IMG/VR virus record: IMGVR_UViG_3300045988_155579
Reading direction: 5' to 3' (one strand)
Source of the DNA: a virus
Length of the DNA stretch: 50,023 nt
Part shown: positions 28,748 through 38,597 of the stretch, piece by piece
Numbering within the stretch: the first letter of the stretch is position 1
How the letters are laid out: every line of letters starts with the position of its first letter
The notes under the pieces: generated by a model
Told to the model about the DNA's origin: nothing
Databases searched by the model: none
The model's input: the letters and a program-made list of their open reading frames with translations, nothing else
Translations under genes and position numbers: made by a program

Positions 28748-30811
28748 TTATATTTGTACCCATGTAATTTGTTTAGCGCCGTTTATTTGGATGCCCAAAA
28801 ACGCCTCGCTGCCAGCACCAACGCCCACATAGTATGTGTCCGAATAATAACTTCCCGGCCAGCTTCCGCCACTAATCCGGATAAAGCCGCCATAGTCAGC
28901 CGGCATCGTATTCCCTTTGTTTTTTTCAGAGTAAAAACCACCAGACTTTATCGAGCCGACATTATTTTTTATGGATTTAACCGCTTCGGCACTGGCGACT
29001 TTTTTAGACAAGTCCGTGCTCGCCATAATCTCTTCTAATGTCAGCGCGTCGGATTGATTGATTTTAGCGTCAACATCGCTCTTTAGCTGATTAACCGTCG
29101 GCTTCCAGTTGATCGCGATATTCACATCGCGCTGATATTCCAGTTTTACCCCCGCGCCGTCGCTCGCTTGCACCACGGTGTCGGGCGCGTAGGTAGTCAG
29201 CGCTTTGTAGGCGGCGATTTCAGCGGGGGTGAGCGGGGTTTCGATGGGGTTAGCGAGAGCGTAATAGACTTTGCCAAGCTGCTTTTTGCAAGACTCGTTG
29301 AACTTGTCAGAAATATTATCCTTAATCAAATATAAGAATCCACTTTTCGAGTTGTAATACCACCCTAAGTTAGTGAACGTACTAACTACGTATGTTTCTT
29401 GGCCATTGTCAATCAAGGCGAATGGTAATCCTCTTGACGTAAGATTGGCGTAGATGTCCGCTTGCACGAACTTAACGTTTTCGCCGTCAACATCAACTTT
29501 GTAAACCCTCTGCACCTTCGCTCCTCTCTCCAAGTCCACCTCATCGCACACCCACTGCTGCCCCTGCGGGTCAGTGTAGTTTCCGCCGGAGGTGACAGGG
29601 ACGCCGGGTAAACCGTTGGGTGTGGGCAGGGTGAGAGTTTGCGTTTTGCCGTTCTTATCACTTAGCGTGACTACAATCGTCCCGCCATCACCAGCGCTCA
29701 CAATCGGCACAGGTGCATCCGGCGTGGGCGTGCCGTCCTGCGTGCTCTTGCCGTACACGGTCAGACCGCGCAGCGGCGCGGCAAAGGCATCGTCAACGGC
29801 AATCGGGTTGCCCGTTTCACCGCCCACAAGGATGTTCTGCCGGGCTGCATCTACCGCCCCGATGTTCTCCCTTGCCTGCGCCTTTTGCGCATCATCAAGC
29901 GTCTGCGCCGTATACAGTACCGCTTCCTGCGGCGCATCCCTGCCGGGGTCGCCCTTCTCTCCTTTCTCGCCTTGCGCGCCGGGGTCACCCTTTTCCCCTT
30001 TCTCGCCTTGCGCGCCGGGGTCACCCTTTTCCCCTTTCTCGCCTTTTGCGCCGGGCTCACCCCGAAGCGACGCTTTCTGCTCATCCGTCAGGCTTTCAAA
30101 TGTCACCTCGCCGTCCTTGCCCTTTGGCCCTTGCGGGCCGGTGGCTCCAGTCTCGCCCTGCGGCCCCCGCTCACCGGTGTCGCCTTTTTCGCCCCTCGGC
30201 CCCTGCGCGCCAGTGTCGCCTTTTTCGCCTTTCGGGCCTTGCGCGCCGACAAATTCCCCGTTGTCGAGCTTCTTTTGCACGTCGTTTGCCGCATCGTCCG
30301 CCCGTTTGGCGGCCGCATCCGCGTTCTTCGTTGCCGTATTTGCTTTCAATATCGTTTTTTCCGTTTGATCTGAAATTTCTTTCAAGCGCTCGTATTGCGC
30401 CAAAAGCTCATTCAGATTTGGAACAACATGTGTCGGATCAATTACGATATCTCCGCCTGCCTTACTTACGAGCAAATAAATCCTCGCAACCGATATAACA
30501 CTTTGGTTTTCGCCTTTAATCTGCATGGTGCATTGCAATCGTCCCGCCACTTCGTAACAGGACTTGTCCAGCGTTGCGCAGGCATACCCGCTCGCATCGA
30601 AATCTGCATTCAAATATCGCGTCGCTTCATCCTGGCGCTGAACCAGTAGTTGCGCCGTACACCCTGTTAAGTCGATCGGTTTGCCGTTTTCCTGTGTCAT
30701 AACGCAGATTTTATGTGCTCCTGCATCGCCTACGCTTGCCAAAGCATCCCAAACAATTTCCGCTTTGGGTTTCATCATATCCACTATCGTTCTAAATACG
30801 TAGTAGGCCAC
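28748..30811 (-). CDS. Tail fibre / baseplate upper protein (BppU-like N-domain) with collagen-like Gly-X-Y repeats
   Basis: More than 35 consecutive G-X-Y triplets (GAQGPKGEKGDTGAQGPRGEKGDTG...GEKGEKGDPGAQ x3). Start is GTG 30811 (a GGGGGG SD upstream) or TTG 30829. Confidence 0.8.
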   Translation of the reverse strand: MAYYVFRTIVDMMKPKAEIVWDALASVGDAGAHKICVMTQENGKPIDLTGCTAQLLVQRQDEATRYLNADFDASGYACATLDKSCYEVAGRLQCTMQIKGENQSVISVARIYLLVSKAGGDIVIDPTHVVPNLNELLAQYERLKEISDQTEKTILKANTATKNADAAAKRADDAANDVQKKLDNGEFVGAQGPKGEKGDTGAQGPRGEKGDTGERGPQGETGATGPQGPKGKDGEVTFESLTDEQKASLRGEPGAKGEKGEKGDPGAQGEKGEKGDPGAQGEKGEKGDPGRDAPQEAVLYTAQTLDDAQKAQARENIGAVDAARQNILVGGETGNPIAVDDAFAAPLRGLTVYGKSTQDGTPTPDAPVPIVSAGDGGTIVVTLSDKNGKTQTLTLPTPNGLPGVPVTSGGNYTDPQGQQWVCDEVDLERGAKVQRVYKVDVDGENVKFVQADIYANLTSRGLPFALIDNGQETYVVSTFTNLGWYYNSKSGFLYLIKDNISDKFNESCKKQLGKVYYALANPIETPLTPAEIAAYKALTTYAPDTVVQASDGAGVKLEYQRDVNIAINWKPTVNQLKSDVDAKINQSDALTLEEIMASTDLSKKVASAEAVKSIKNNVGSIKSGGFYSEKNKGNTMPADYGGFIRISGGSWPGSYYSDTYYVGVGAGSEAFLGIQINGAKQITWVQI
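29943..30050. repeat. Three tandem 36-bp repeats inside the fibre gene (encode GEKGEKGDPGAQ x3)
   Basis: Unit ccggggtcacccttttcccctttctcgccttgcgcg at 29943, 29979 and 30015. Copies 2 and 3 are nearly identical. Confidence 0.9.
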
Positions 30812-30825
30812 ATTCTTCCCCCCTT

Positions 30826-32967
30826 TCAATAATTTCCTCCGGTATACGAGGTCACAAATGTCTGCACAAACAAGTCCGCTTGGATTCGCGTCAGCTTATC
30901 CGGTACAACAGACACTTCATGCCACATCCCGCGCACAATTCTTCCGTTGTTATCCTTACTCAAATATGGAATAACATCAATCTCACTTCCGCTCACTTTT
31001 TCAGGCGGAATCGCAGTTCCGTCCACTTTAATCGTCACACCTGACGCAATTTCCCCTTCATAAATGCCGTACCGAATCTCATGCGTATGGCTTTGCAATG
31101 TAAAAGAGTGGCTGTGTGCCGGAATATTCACTTTATGCGTGTGATTCGGAATATCAACCGATACCGCCGGAACCGTGACCGCCACGTTGACCATGTGATA
31201 ATGTGAAAAGTCGTGACGATGTGTCATATCGTGTTTATGGCTTCCAATCGAGTGCGTGTGGCTGTCAAAGCTGTGCCAGTGACCCATGCCGTGGCTGTGC
31301 GCGCCGGTGCTGGTCGTGCTGCCCGCGCCGTTGTAACTCGTATACCCCGTCTTGCCAACGGAAACGCCGTCGAAGGTGTGCCGGTGCGTGTTGTTAGAGC
31401 TGTGCGAATGCCTCCCTGCTTCGTCCGTCGAGGTCATCGAGCCGCCTTCGTTCCGGCTCACGCCGGTATTGCCGCCTCCCCCAGCTCCTGTTGTCCCGCT
31501 GGACGAACCGGTATCTGACACATTCCCTCCGTCTATACTTTTTGCAAAACTCGTATTAGCATTGACCGTTCCATCCTGCATCGGTGTGCCGCTGGTAATT
31601 GCCTGCGCCACGGTACGCTGCGGCACAGATACCGTCGTTGCGCCTCCGGCCTCGCTTGTCTGCGTACTGCCGCCGCCCTCCTGCGTCGTGCGAACATCGC
31701 CGCCGCCCGCAGCCGCGCCCGTCTCATACGCTCGGAAATTCTCAAGTTTCCAGCTCAAGAGCACCTGATTGATTTTCGCACAGGCCGTCGGCACATAGAA
31801 GTTCATCACCGCCGGGTGCGACGCATCCGCATTGTCGCTGGCCTGCATGGCATACAGATTAGTCGCGCCCTGTGCATACTGCGCTGTGATGGCCGTTTTG
31901 GCCGATATGCTTTCCAGCGTACTGGACACATCCGAAGATTGAGTTGCAATCTCAACGGTCATATCTAACGGATTTCCTTCGACGTCGCTTTTTTCGACTG
32001 ACACAATGCGTTTGTCGAGGTCAAGTTTTGCTCGTGTATCGTTGAGACGCACGAGCTTCCCTTCGTCGATTAAATCCCATTCCAGCCCCGTCACTCGATG
32101 AAAATCCAGCGCTTTGACGGTATAGCTGTACATCGGGTTTTCAAGCTCACGCAAATAGGCTTTTCCCTTCGCAAAGAGCGTCGCCTCGTCGCTGATGGAG
32201 CTGTCCGTCAGCAGCTTGCTGATAACGCCATACTTGCTGATGTTGGGAGAATCAATATAGCTTTTCCCTGTCGGATTGACCGTTCGGATGCTGGTTTGGT
32301 TCACACCTTCGCCGCTGCCCATGCAGTACAGCCGCGTACAGAGATTGGAGATATCCCGTCCTCGCTTGATGCTCTGCTCATTGCGGCCGTAACGCACCTC
32401 GCAGTTGCGCGCATCATCTGCCCGCACGAGGTTGATTGTCCACGGGTAGCTGTCCGTGTCATACGTCCAATGATAGTCGCTGTCGAAACACTTCGGGATT
32501 GAAAAAAGCGCGTTGAGCAAATCTTCCTTTTCCCACGAATACTGGAACTGATATCGAAAATCGCACCGCCCAAGCTGCCAGCGCTTCACCGTCTGCAAGC
32601 TGAGCAAATGCCGGATGATATCCTCGGTATAAACGCCAGTGCCGCCCATTTCCAGATAGCCGTCAATGCGGTCATCAAACAAAAAGGCGATTACATGCTC
32701 CAGCTCATATTGAATGAACTCTCCTTCGCCCGTGATATCCGATTCAGGCTGATCGCAGATTCGATATTTGCCAACGGATTTGTCGCCGTCCACGATGTCC
32801 ACGATGCCGTGAACCGTTTCACAGAGGTCGTTATCCGCATCATCATCGGCGGGAATTTCAAAGCTCGCCGTATGCAGGTCGTTGAACATTCGCTTGTAGC
32901 CCACCTTGGACGCATGGCGGATGGTTCCAATGCGCGTCATATCGCGATTGTAAATCGGAATCCTCAA
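30826..32967 (-). CDS. Tail-associated protein (prophage tail endopeptidase / Tal-like N-domain) with a Gly/Ser/Thr-rich linker and an HxH-repeat C-terminal region
   Basis: Its position after Dit and its N-domain are typical of siphovirus Tal proteins. Eleven HxH motifs lie in about 112 aa. TTG start with an AGGTGG SD. Confidence 0.7.
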   Translation of the reverse strand: MRIPIYNRDMTRIGTIRHASKVGYKRMFNDLHTASFEIPADDDADNDLCETVHGIVDIVDGDKSVGKYRICDQPESDITGEGEFIQYELEHVIAFLFDDRIDGYLEMGGTGVYTEDIIRHLLSLQTVKRWQLGRCDFRYQFQYSWEKEDLLNALFSIPKCFDSDYHWTYDTDSYPWTINLVRADDARNCEVRYGRNEQSIKRGRDISNLCTRLYCMGSGEGVNQTSIRTVNPTGKSYIDSPNISKYGVISKLLTDSSISDEATLFAKGKAYLRELENPMYSYTVKALDFHRVTGLEWDLIDEGKLVRLNDTRAKLDLDKRIVSVEKSDVEGNPLDMTVEIATQSSDVSSTLESISAKTAITAQYAQGATNLYAMQASDNADASHPAVMNFYVPTACAKINQVLLSWKLENFRAYETGAAAGGGDVRTTQEGGGSTQTSEAGGATTVSVPQRTVAQAITSGTPMQDGTVNANTSFAKSIDGGNVSDTGSSSGTTGAGGGGNTGVSRNEGGSMTSTDEAGRHSHSSNNTHRHTFDGVSVGKTGYTSYNGAGSTTSTGAHSHGMGHWHSFDSHTHSIGSHKHDMTHRHDFSHYHMVNVAVTVPAVSVDIPNHTHKVNIPAHSHSFTLQSHTHEIRYGIYEGEIASGVTIKVDGTAIPPEKVSGSEIDVIPYLSKDNNGRIVRGMWHEVSVVPDKLTRIQADLFVQTFVTSYTGGNY

Positions 32968-34215
32968 TCACAACCACCTCGCCCGTGCGCTCACCGTCAC
33001 CGAAGCCGCTGCCGCCGACGCGCTCATAATCTCGATGTTCACTGCGTTCGGAGGTACAGAAGGAAAGTCGCCCTCGCAGAGCGCCGAAATCATGCTCTGG
33101 CCGCCGCAAACCACAGACAGGTTTTCTCCATCCACTCGCAGGCTCTGACCGCCCGTGAGCGAAAATCCGCCGCCATACAGCCGCGTTTGCCTCTGCTTTC
33201 CGAGTCTGTCCCTGTACCTGATGCGAAAATCCAAAATCGCCGTGCTGCCCGTATTCATCACATCCAGCGTAAGCGGCGTTGTATAGCCCATGCCGCGCGG
33301 AAAGACCTTGCTCAAGTCGATGGTCTGCCACGTCCCCGCCGCCAAGCTCACAGCCTGCGTAGCAGTGCTCATCGCCGCATCCTGCCATAAAGGCTGCTCG
33401 GCAAACGAGATGTCCATCACGCCATTTTCCCATTTATCGCATGTCAGCGATGCTTCATCCTCAATCTCGGCCATAATCGACCGGCTGATATCCGCATCCA
33501 TCACCAGCTCCGCGCGTCCTGCTTGCAGGAGCCACGCCGCGACATCGTGCATCCGCTGTGCGACCTGCTCATCAGTCAGCCGCGTCCCTTCCTGCTCTCG
33601 ATTGACGAAGTAGAGCTTTCCGCTGACTTTTCGCTCTTTGAGCATCAGATCGGCGCGTTCAAAGCGCAATGTTCCCGCCATGCCGGACACCTCATATTTG
33701 TTCAGCACAGGTGCCGGAACAGCCGTCTCCTTGTCGAGTACGAACATGCAGCCCATATCGTTCAAACAGTGCTTTCCGCCGAAGGTAAAGTTGTCCGCAC
33801 ACGGGTCTGCTCCGCCGACGGGTTTATCGTCATACTGGCGATATCGCCGATAATCCACACAGGTGAAGGTCACCTTGAGCCGCGCTGAAGCGCCGCTGTA
33901 TGTCAGCGCTTCCGTTCCTGTGCAGCGCGCTTTGTAATATGTGCCGCCCATGCTGTCAAATTGCAGCTTTTCTTCACCGCTTTCCTCCAGCCACGCTCTG
34001 ACCTTTTCCAGCAGCAGCGGAAGCGCCGACCTGTTTTTTGCCCGCATAAGCAGCTCTACTTCGATTTTGCGCACCGTCGGTACGCCGACGCAGGCCAGCA
34101 CCGCGCCCCTGCGCGTCACCGTCTGCCACTCCTTTTCAGCCAAAAAGCGCTCGGACACGGAAGTTACCTTCACGCGTCCGAGCTGTTCCGGCTTCACCCC
34201 GGCAAATTCCATCAA
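32968..34215 (-). CDS. Distal tail protein (Dit, phage tail family)
   Basis: It lies immediately downstream of the tape measure gene with an ATGA overlap. The N-terminal region resembles the siphovirus tail (Sipho_tail) family. Confidence 0.7.
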   Translation of the reverse strand: MMEFAGVKPEQLGRVKVTSVSERFLAEKEWQTVTRRGAVLACVGVPTVRKIEVELLMRAKNRSALPLLLEKVRAWLEESGEEKLQFDSMGGTYYKARCTGTEALTYSGASARLKVTFTCVDYRRYRQYDDKPVGGADPCADNFTFGGKHCLNDMGCMFVLDKETAVPAPVLNKYEVSGMAGTLRFERADLMLKERKVSGKLYFVNREQEGTRLTDEQVAQRMHDVAAWLLQAGRAELVMDADISRSIMAEIEDEASLTCDKWENGVMDISFAEQPLWQDAAMSTATQAVSLAAGTWQTIDLSKVFPRGMGYTTPLTLDVMNTGSTAILDFRIRYRDRLGKQRQTRLYGGGFSLTGGQSLRVDGENLSVVCGGQSMISALCEGDFPSVPPNAVNIEIMSASAAAASVTVSARARWL

Positions 34216-37200
34216 ATCAGCACCCCCTGTGCGCTGCGGCCGGATACCGTTTTCTTCGCTTTGTCCGCGATAGACTTTGAAACGGTCGGCGCAGTTTTCC
34301 GCCCAACTTTTTCGCCGTCCATCACCACATCGCCGCCAAGCGCCCCGGATTCGATGAGTCTGTCCGCAATCATTCTGCCGACTGCACTCGCATATGCTTC
34401 CCGATTCTCGCCATCGGAGAGGCTGTTCGCCGTCTCTGCGGCAGTCTGTCGAGCGTTGGCGCGCGCCGTCATCACCGTGCCGACAGACGGGTCAGAAAGC
34501 CGCGTCTGCGCCGTCATGGCGCGGATGGTATCTTTTACCGCCTGTGTGGCCGCTGCGGCCATCATGCCGCCAGAAAGGCCGATAGCGCCGCCCGCGTCCA
34601 TATCCCGACCGAGTGCAAGCGTCTCTCTGCTGGGGCTGTGCGCATCGGCAGCCTTGCGCATAGCCGCAACCGCATTGCGTACAACAGTCCGTGCCGCGCT
34701 GGACAGCATCCCCGACATCGAGTTGATGCCGCTGATAATGCCGCGCATCAGGTCATTGCCGAGGCTGTATCCCGTGCTGCCGTTCAAACTGCCGCGCATT
34801 GCATTCACCACCGCATTCCCGGCATTTCGTGCCGACAGCACCGCATTGCCCTGCATGGCCTGAATCCCGATGGATACATTGGTCATCGCCATACGCGCCG
34901 TATTGCCGAAACTCTGAACCGTCGGCTCAAATGTGGTGTTCATCGACGCAACCAGCCCTTGAACGGCGGTTGTAATGTCCGTTTCTTTTCCAGAAACGCC
35001 GTCGCTCACGCCCGCTCCGATGTTTTCGCCCGTGGTCTGCGCGTTGTCGGCCGCAGTCGTAAAGTTCTCTGGATCTGTCGTCGTGTTCATCGAGGCAATA
35101 ACAGAGTTCTTCGCGCCTTCCGTTCCCTGCTCTGCGCCGCTTCCATAACGCCCCATGTCTGCCTTGCCTGCGGTCTCCATGAAATCGCCCACCGCCCCGG
35201 TGATCTGCTCCATGCCCGTATTCAGCGCATCCGATGCACTGTTCCAGATGCTTTCGTCTCCCAGCGCATCGGCCAGCGAAGCCGGAATCTCAATACCCAG
35301 CGAATTACAAAGTGCAATCAGCGCATCCGTGCCATTGCCGAACGCATCTTCAAACTGCTCAACTGCCGCTTGACCAGCCTCATACAGTTCTGGATATCTC
35401 TCCTGCAATCCGTCCGCCATTCCGGCAACAATCAATCCCGCCACCATCATGGCCTGCTCATTGGAGATTTCCGCTCCATCCTGAAAACCATTGATGACCG
35501 CCTGATACAGTGCAACGCCGGCCTCGCTGAAATGGCTTTCATACTGTGCCAGCACGCCGTTAATATCGAACTTCTCGAGGGACAAATACGCCGCAACCTG
35601 TTCGAGCAAAGTACCCTGCTGTTCACCGAGATATTTGGTGACGAGCTGGCTGCCCTTCATCGTCGCGCCTTCGGCATTGGTGAACATCATATCGGAAACC
35701 TTCGTCCAGTAGTAGTCCGTCTCAATGCCAAACCAGCTCATTACGCTGTCCAGCGCACTGGTGAAGATTGACCCCATCATCTTCATCAGACCTTCGCCGA
35801 TGTTAAGCATGCCGAGCGCAATACCCTTGCTGAGCGCAAAGACAAAATCTGCGCCGCACTGCACAATCTTGGTCAGCCCTTCTGGGGAAAGGATGTACCC
35901 GACAATCGCGCCCGTGATATCTCCGAGAGCGTCCATACCGTTGATGATACCCTTGCCGAGATTCTGAACAAAACGGGTCAAGTCCGGCGTTGTCACGATA
36001 TCGTTGACAGCGTCGATAATCGCGCCCACCAGACTGGTAGCAACCGTTCCGATGGAGGTTCCCCAGTCTTTATCGTTAATCAGTTCCAACAGGCTTCCAA
36101 TCGCCCCTGCAATATCTGCCGCTGCTGTGATGGTTTTCTGAATCCCAGTCACAACGCCGCCCAATAGGCCGGATGCCAGCGCAGAAAACGCCGCTGTGAA
36201 CGTATCCCATGCGCTGAAATCTTTCAAACCGCCGACAAGCTCCGCCACAAATTCGGCGGCTTTCGCCGCAAAGGTAGCCTTGTTGCTGATGATGGATGTA
36301 AGAATCGTCGAGGCCAACGCGGACATGTCGCCAACTTTCGCCGCCAGTTTTTCAGGCGTAAGCGCTTTGAAGCTCGCGGCGATCTGACCGACAATCTTCT
36401 CGCCTGCATCAGACCATGCCCCGCCATTTTCTCCCTCATCGCCGAGGAACAGCTTCTTGAGCCAGTCTCCCGCCGCACCGAATCCGCTCTTAATCCAGTC
36501 CCATACGGTGCTGCCGACATCTTTCCATGTACTTTCTTCGGCCAGCGTGTCTCCTAGGATTAAGCCTTTAAGCCACCCTGTCACGGAAACAAAGCCGCCC
36601 TTAATCCAGCCCCAAATTTTCGCCCCCGCATCGCCCCATGTGCTCTGGTCAGTCAGCGAATCGCCAAGAATCAACCCCTTGAGCCAATCCGAACCGAAAT
36701 GGAATGCCCCTTTAATCCCTGCAACAACATCTGCCCATTTGAGCGTTTTGATGTAGTTTTTTGCATCCACAAAAGCCTTCTGCACCGTCTTGCCGAGGCC
36801 GCGAAGCGTTTCTCCAAGCGCCGTCAAAACGGTGACACCCAATTCTCCCCACTTCACCGCCTTGAATCCCTTGAAAATGCCCTTGGCCAGATCAATCCCA
36901 GCCTCCAGCAAACTCGGCGCATTGCGGATCGCTGCGGCCAGCACGGATACCGTGGCCGAGACGACGGATGGAATCAGTTTCGGCGCGCCCTTGGCGAAAC
37001 CGTTCAGCAAAGACGTTACCGCCTGTGCGCCAACCTGCGCCACGTCCGCCGCATTGTCAGACACAACGTCCGCCAGCGACGAAAACAGGTTCGTTCCCGC
37101 TTCGGCCGCCTGCGGAACAATTTCAGCAAGCCCCGTTTTGAGCGAGGCAGCCAGCTTGGGAATACGCCCGGAAATATTCTTGATGGTCGATTGAACCGTT

Positions 37201-38585
37201 TTATCAAATGCCTTGAGCTTCCGTGCCCCGATTTGGGTATACTTTTCAAACGCTTTGCCCATATCGTTGCCCGCATCCATCGCGGCAGTCCCAAAAAGCA
37301 GGAACGTTCCCGCCACAATGCCCAGCGGACTGACCAAGGCTGCAATCGCCGGGGCAATCTTCCCCGCCAGCATCAGCGCTTTACCTCCGTACATCAGCAC
37401 AGGGCCAATCGCCGCCGCCAAAATGCCCATCTTGAGGATGACCTGCTTCATCGGCCCATCCAACGCGTTGAACTTGTCCACGAGTCCTGTCATGCTCTGA
37501 ATGGTCTTTCGGATTGCCTGCTCATTCAGTGTGAACAGCGCTACATACGCGCCCTCAACAGCGGACTGAAACAGCGTCCAGTCGCCCTTGGCATTGGCAA
37601 GCACTGTCGCCGCCATTCGACCTGTTGCGCCCTCGCAGTTGTCAATGGAAGCCGCCAGCTTATTAAAATCCTCGTCGCTTGCGCTCACGATTGCCAGCAG
37701 GCCGGACATTCCCTCCTGCCCTGCCAATGTCGCGGCATACAGCGCCTTTTCCTGTTCAGTCAGACCGGAGAATTTCCCGCGCATTTCGGTCATGAGCTGA
37801 CGCAACGGTTTCATTTCGCCTGTCGATGTCGTCATGCTCAAGCCGAGTTCCTTCATCGCCGTCTTGACTTCCTTGGTTGGCTTGGAAAGCCTCGTCAATA
37901 AAGCGCGGAGCGCCGTGCCGGATTGGCTTCCTTTGATGCCTGCATTGGCCATCAATCCAATGGCGATAGCCGCGTCCTCAATGTTATAGCCAAGCGCGCC
38001 CGCCACAGGCGCAACGTATTTGAAAGTCTCGCCCATAAGGCCGACGTTCGTATTAGAGTTTGATGCGGCTTGTGCCAGCACGTCAGAAAAGCGCGCTATG
38101 TTTTCTTTTTTCGCTTCCAGGCCAAACGCCGTCATCGCATCTGTAACGATATCCGACACATCAGCCAAATTCTCGCCGGAAGCTGCCGCAAGGTTCATAA
38201 TTGGTTCAAGTCCATTAATCATGGCACTCGTTTTCCAGCCTGCCATCGCCATATATTCGAGCGCCTGTCCTGCCTCAGTGGCCGTGAACTGCGTCGTCGA
38301 ACCCATTTTGAGCGCTTCCGCGTTCAGCTTTTCCATTTCTGCCGCCGATGCGCCGGAAATGGCTTCGACGCGGGACATCTGCGAGGTGAAATCCATGCCG
38401 GCGCTCAAAATGCTTTTGCCTATTCCCTTGAGCGGATCTGTAACCATGGAAGAAAGCGTCGATCCCGCCCGAATCATGTCCGCGCCGATGCCTTCCAGCT
38501 GTGTCTCAATGGTGCGAATCGTCCCCGTCATGCCGGACGCATCCAAATCAAAGCTGGCAAACAGTTCGCCGACCTTTAACGCCAT
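34212..38585 (-). CDS. Tail tape measure protein (1457 aa)
   Basis: Size, position and the conserved core FTSQMSRVEAISGASAAEMEKL...STTQFTATEAGQALEYMAMAGWK, plus long Ala/Gly-rich helical repeats. Confidence 0.92.
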   Translation of the reverse strand: MALKVGELFASFDLDASGMTGTIRTIETQLEGIGADMIRAGSTLSSMVTDPLKGIGKSILSAGMDFTSQMSRVEAISGASAAEMEKLNAEALKMGSTTQFTATEAGQALEYMAMAGWKTSAMINGLEPIMNLAAASGENLADVSDIVTDAMTAFGLEAKKENIARFSDVLAQAASNSNTNVGLMGETFKYVAPVAGALGYNIEDAAIAIGLMANAGIKGSQSGTALRALLTRLSKPTKEVKTAMKELGLSMTTSTGEMKPLRQLMTEMRGKFSGLTEQEKALYAATLAGQEGMSGLLAIVSASDEDFNKLAASIDNCEGATGRMAATVLANAKGDWTLFQSAVEGAYVALFTLNEQAIRKTIQSMTGLVDKFNALDGPMKQVILKMGILAAAIGPVLMYGGKALMLAGKIAPAIAALVSPLGIVAGTFLLFGTAAMDAGNDMGKAFEKYTQIGARKLKAFDKTVQSTIKNISGRIPKLAASLKTGLAEIVPQAAEAGTNLFSSLADVVSDNAADVAQVGAQAVTSLLNGFAKGAPKLIPSVVSATVSVLAAAIRNAPSLLEAGIDLAKGIFKGFKAVKWGELGVTVLTALGETLRGLGKTVQKAFVDAKNYIKTLKWADVVAGIKGAFHFGSDWLKGLILGDSLTDQSTWGDAGAKIWGWIKGGFVSVTGWLKGLILGDTLAEESTWKDVGSTVWDWIKSGFGAAGDWLKKLFLGDEGENGGAWSDAGEKIVGQIAASFKALTPEKLAAKVGDMSALASTILTSIISNKATFAAKAAEFVAELVGGLKDFSAWDTFTAAFSALASGLLGGVVTGIQKTITAAADIAGAIGSLLELINDKDWGTSIGTVATSLVGAIIDAVNDIVTTPDLTRFVQNLGKGIINGMDALGDITGAIVGYILSPEGLTKIVQCGADFVFALSKGIALGMLNIGEGLMKMMGSIFTSALDSVMSWFGIETDYYWTKVSDMMFTNAEGATMKGSQLVTKYLGEQQGTLLEQVAAYLSLEKFDINGVLAQYESHFSEAGVALYQAVINGFQDGAEISNEQAMMVAGLIVAGMADGLQERYPELYEAGQAAVEQFEDAFGNGTDALIALCNSLGIEIPASLADALGDESIWNSASDALNTGMEQITGAVGDFMETAGKADMGRYGSGAEQGTEGAKNSVIASMNTTTDPENFTTAADNAQTTGENIGAGVSDGVSGKETDITTAVQGLVASMNTTFEPTVQSFGNTARMAMTNVSIGIQAMQGNAVLSARNAGNAVVNAMRGSLNGSTGYSLGNDLMRGIISGINSMSGMLSSAARTVVRNAVAAMRKAADAHSPSRETLALGRDMDAGGAIGLSGGMMAAAATQAVKDTIRAMTAQTRLSDPSVGTVMTARANARQTAAETANSLSDGENREAYASAVGRMIADRLIESGALGGDVVMDGEKVGRKTAPTVSKSIADKAKKTVSGRSAQGVLI

Positions 38586-38597
38586 GTTCTCACCGCC

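Noticed and set aside
29943-30050. Regularly spaced repeats that could superficially suggest a CRISPR array.
   Set aside because: The units are contiguous with no spacers, lie in frame inside the fibre gene and encode Gly-X-Y collagen-like triplets.
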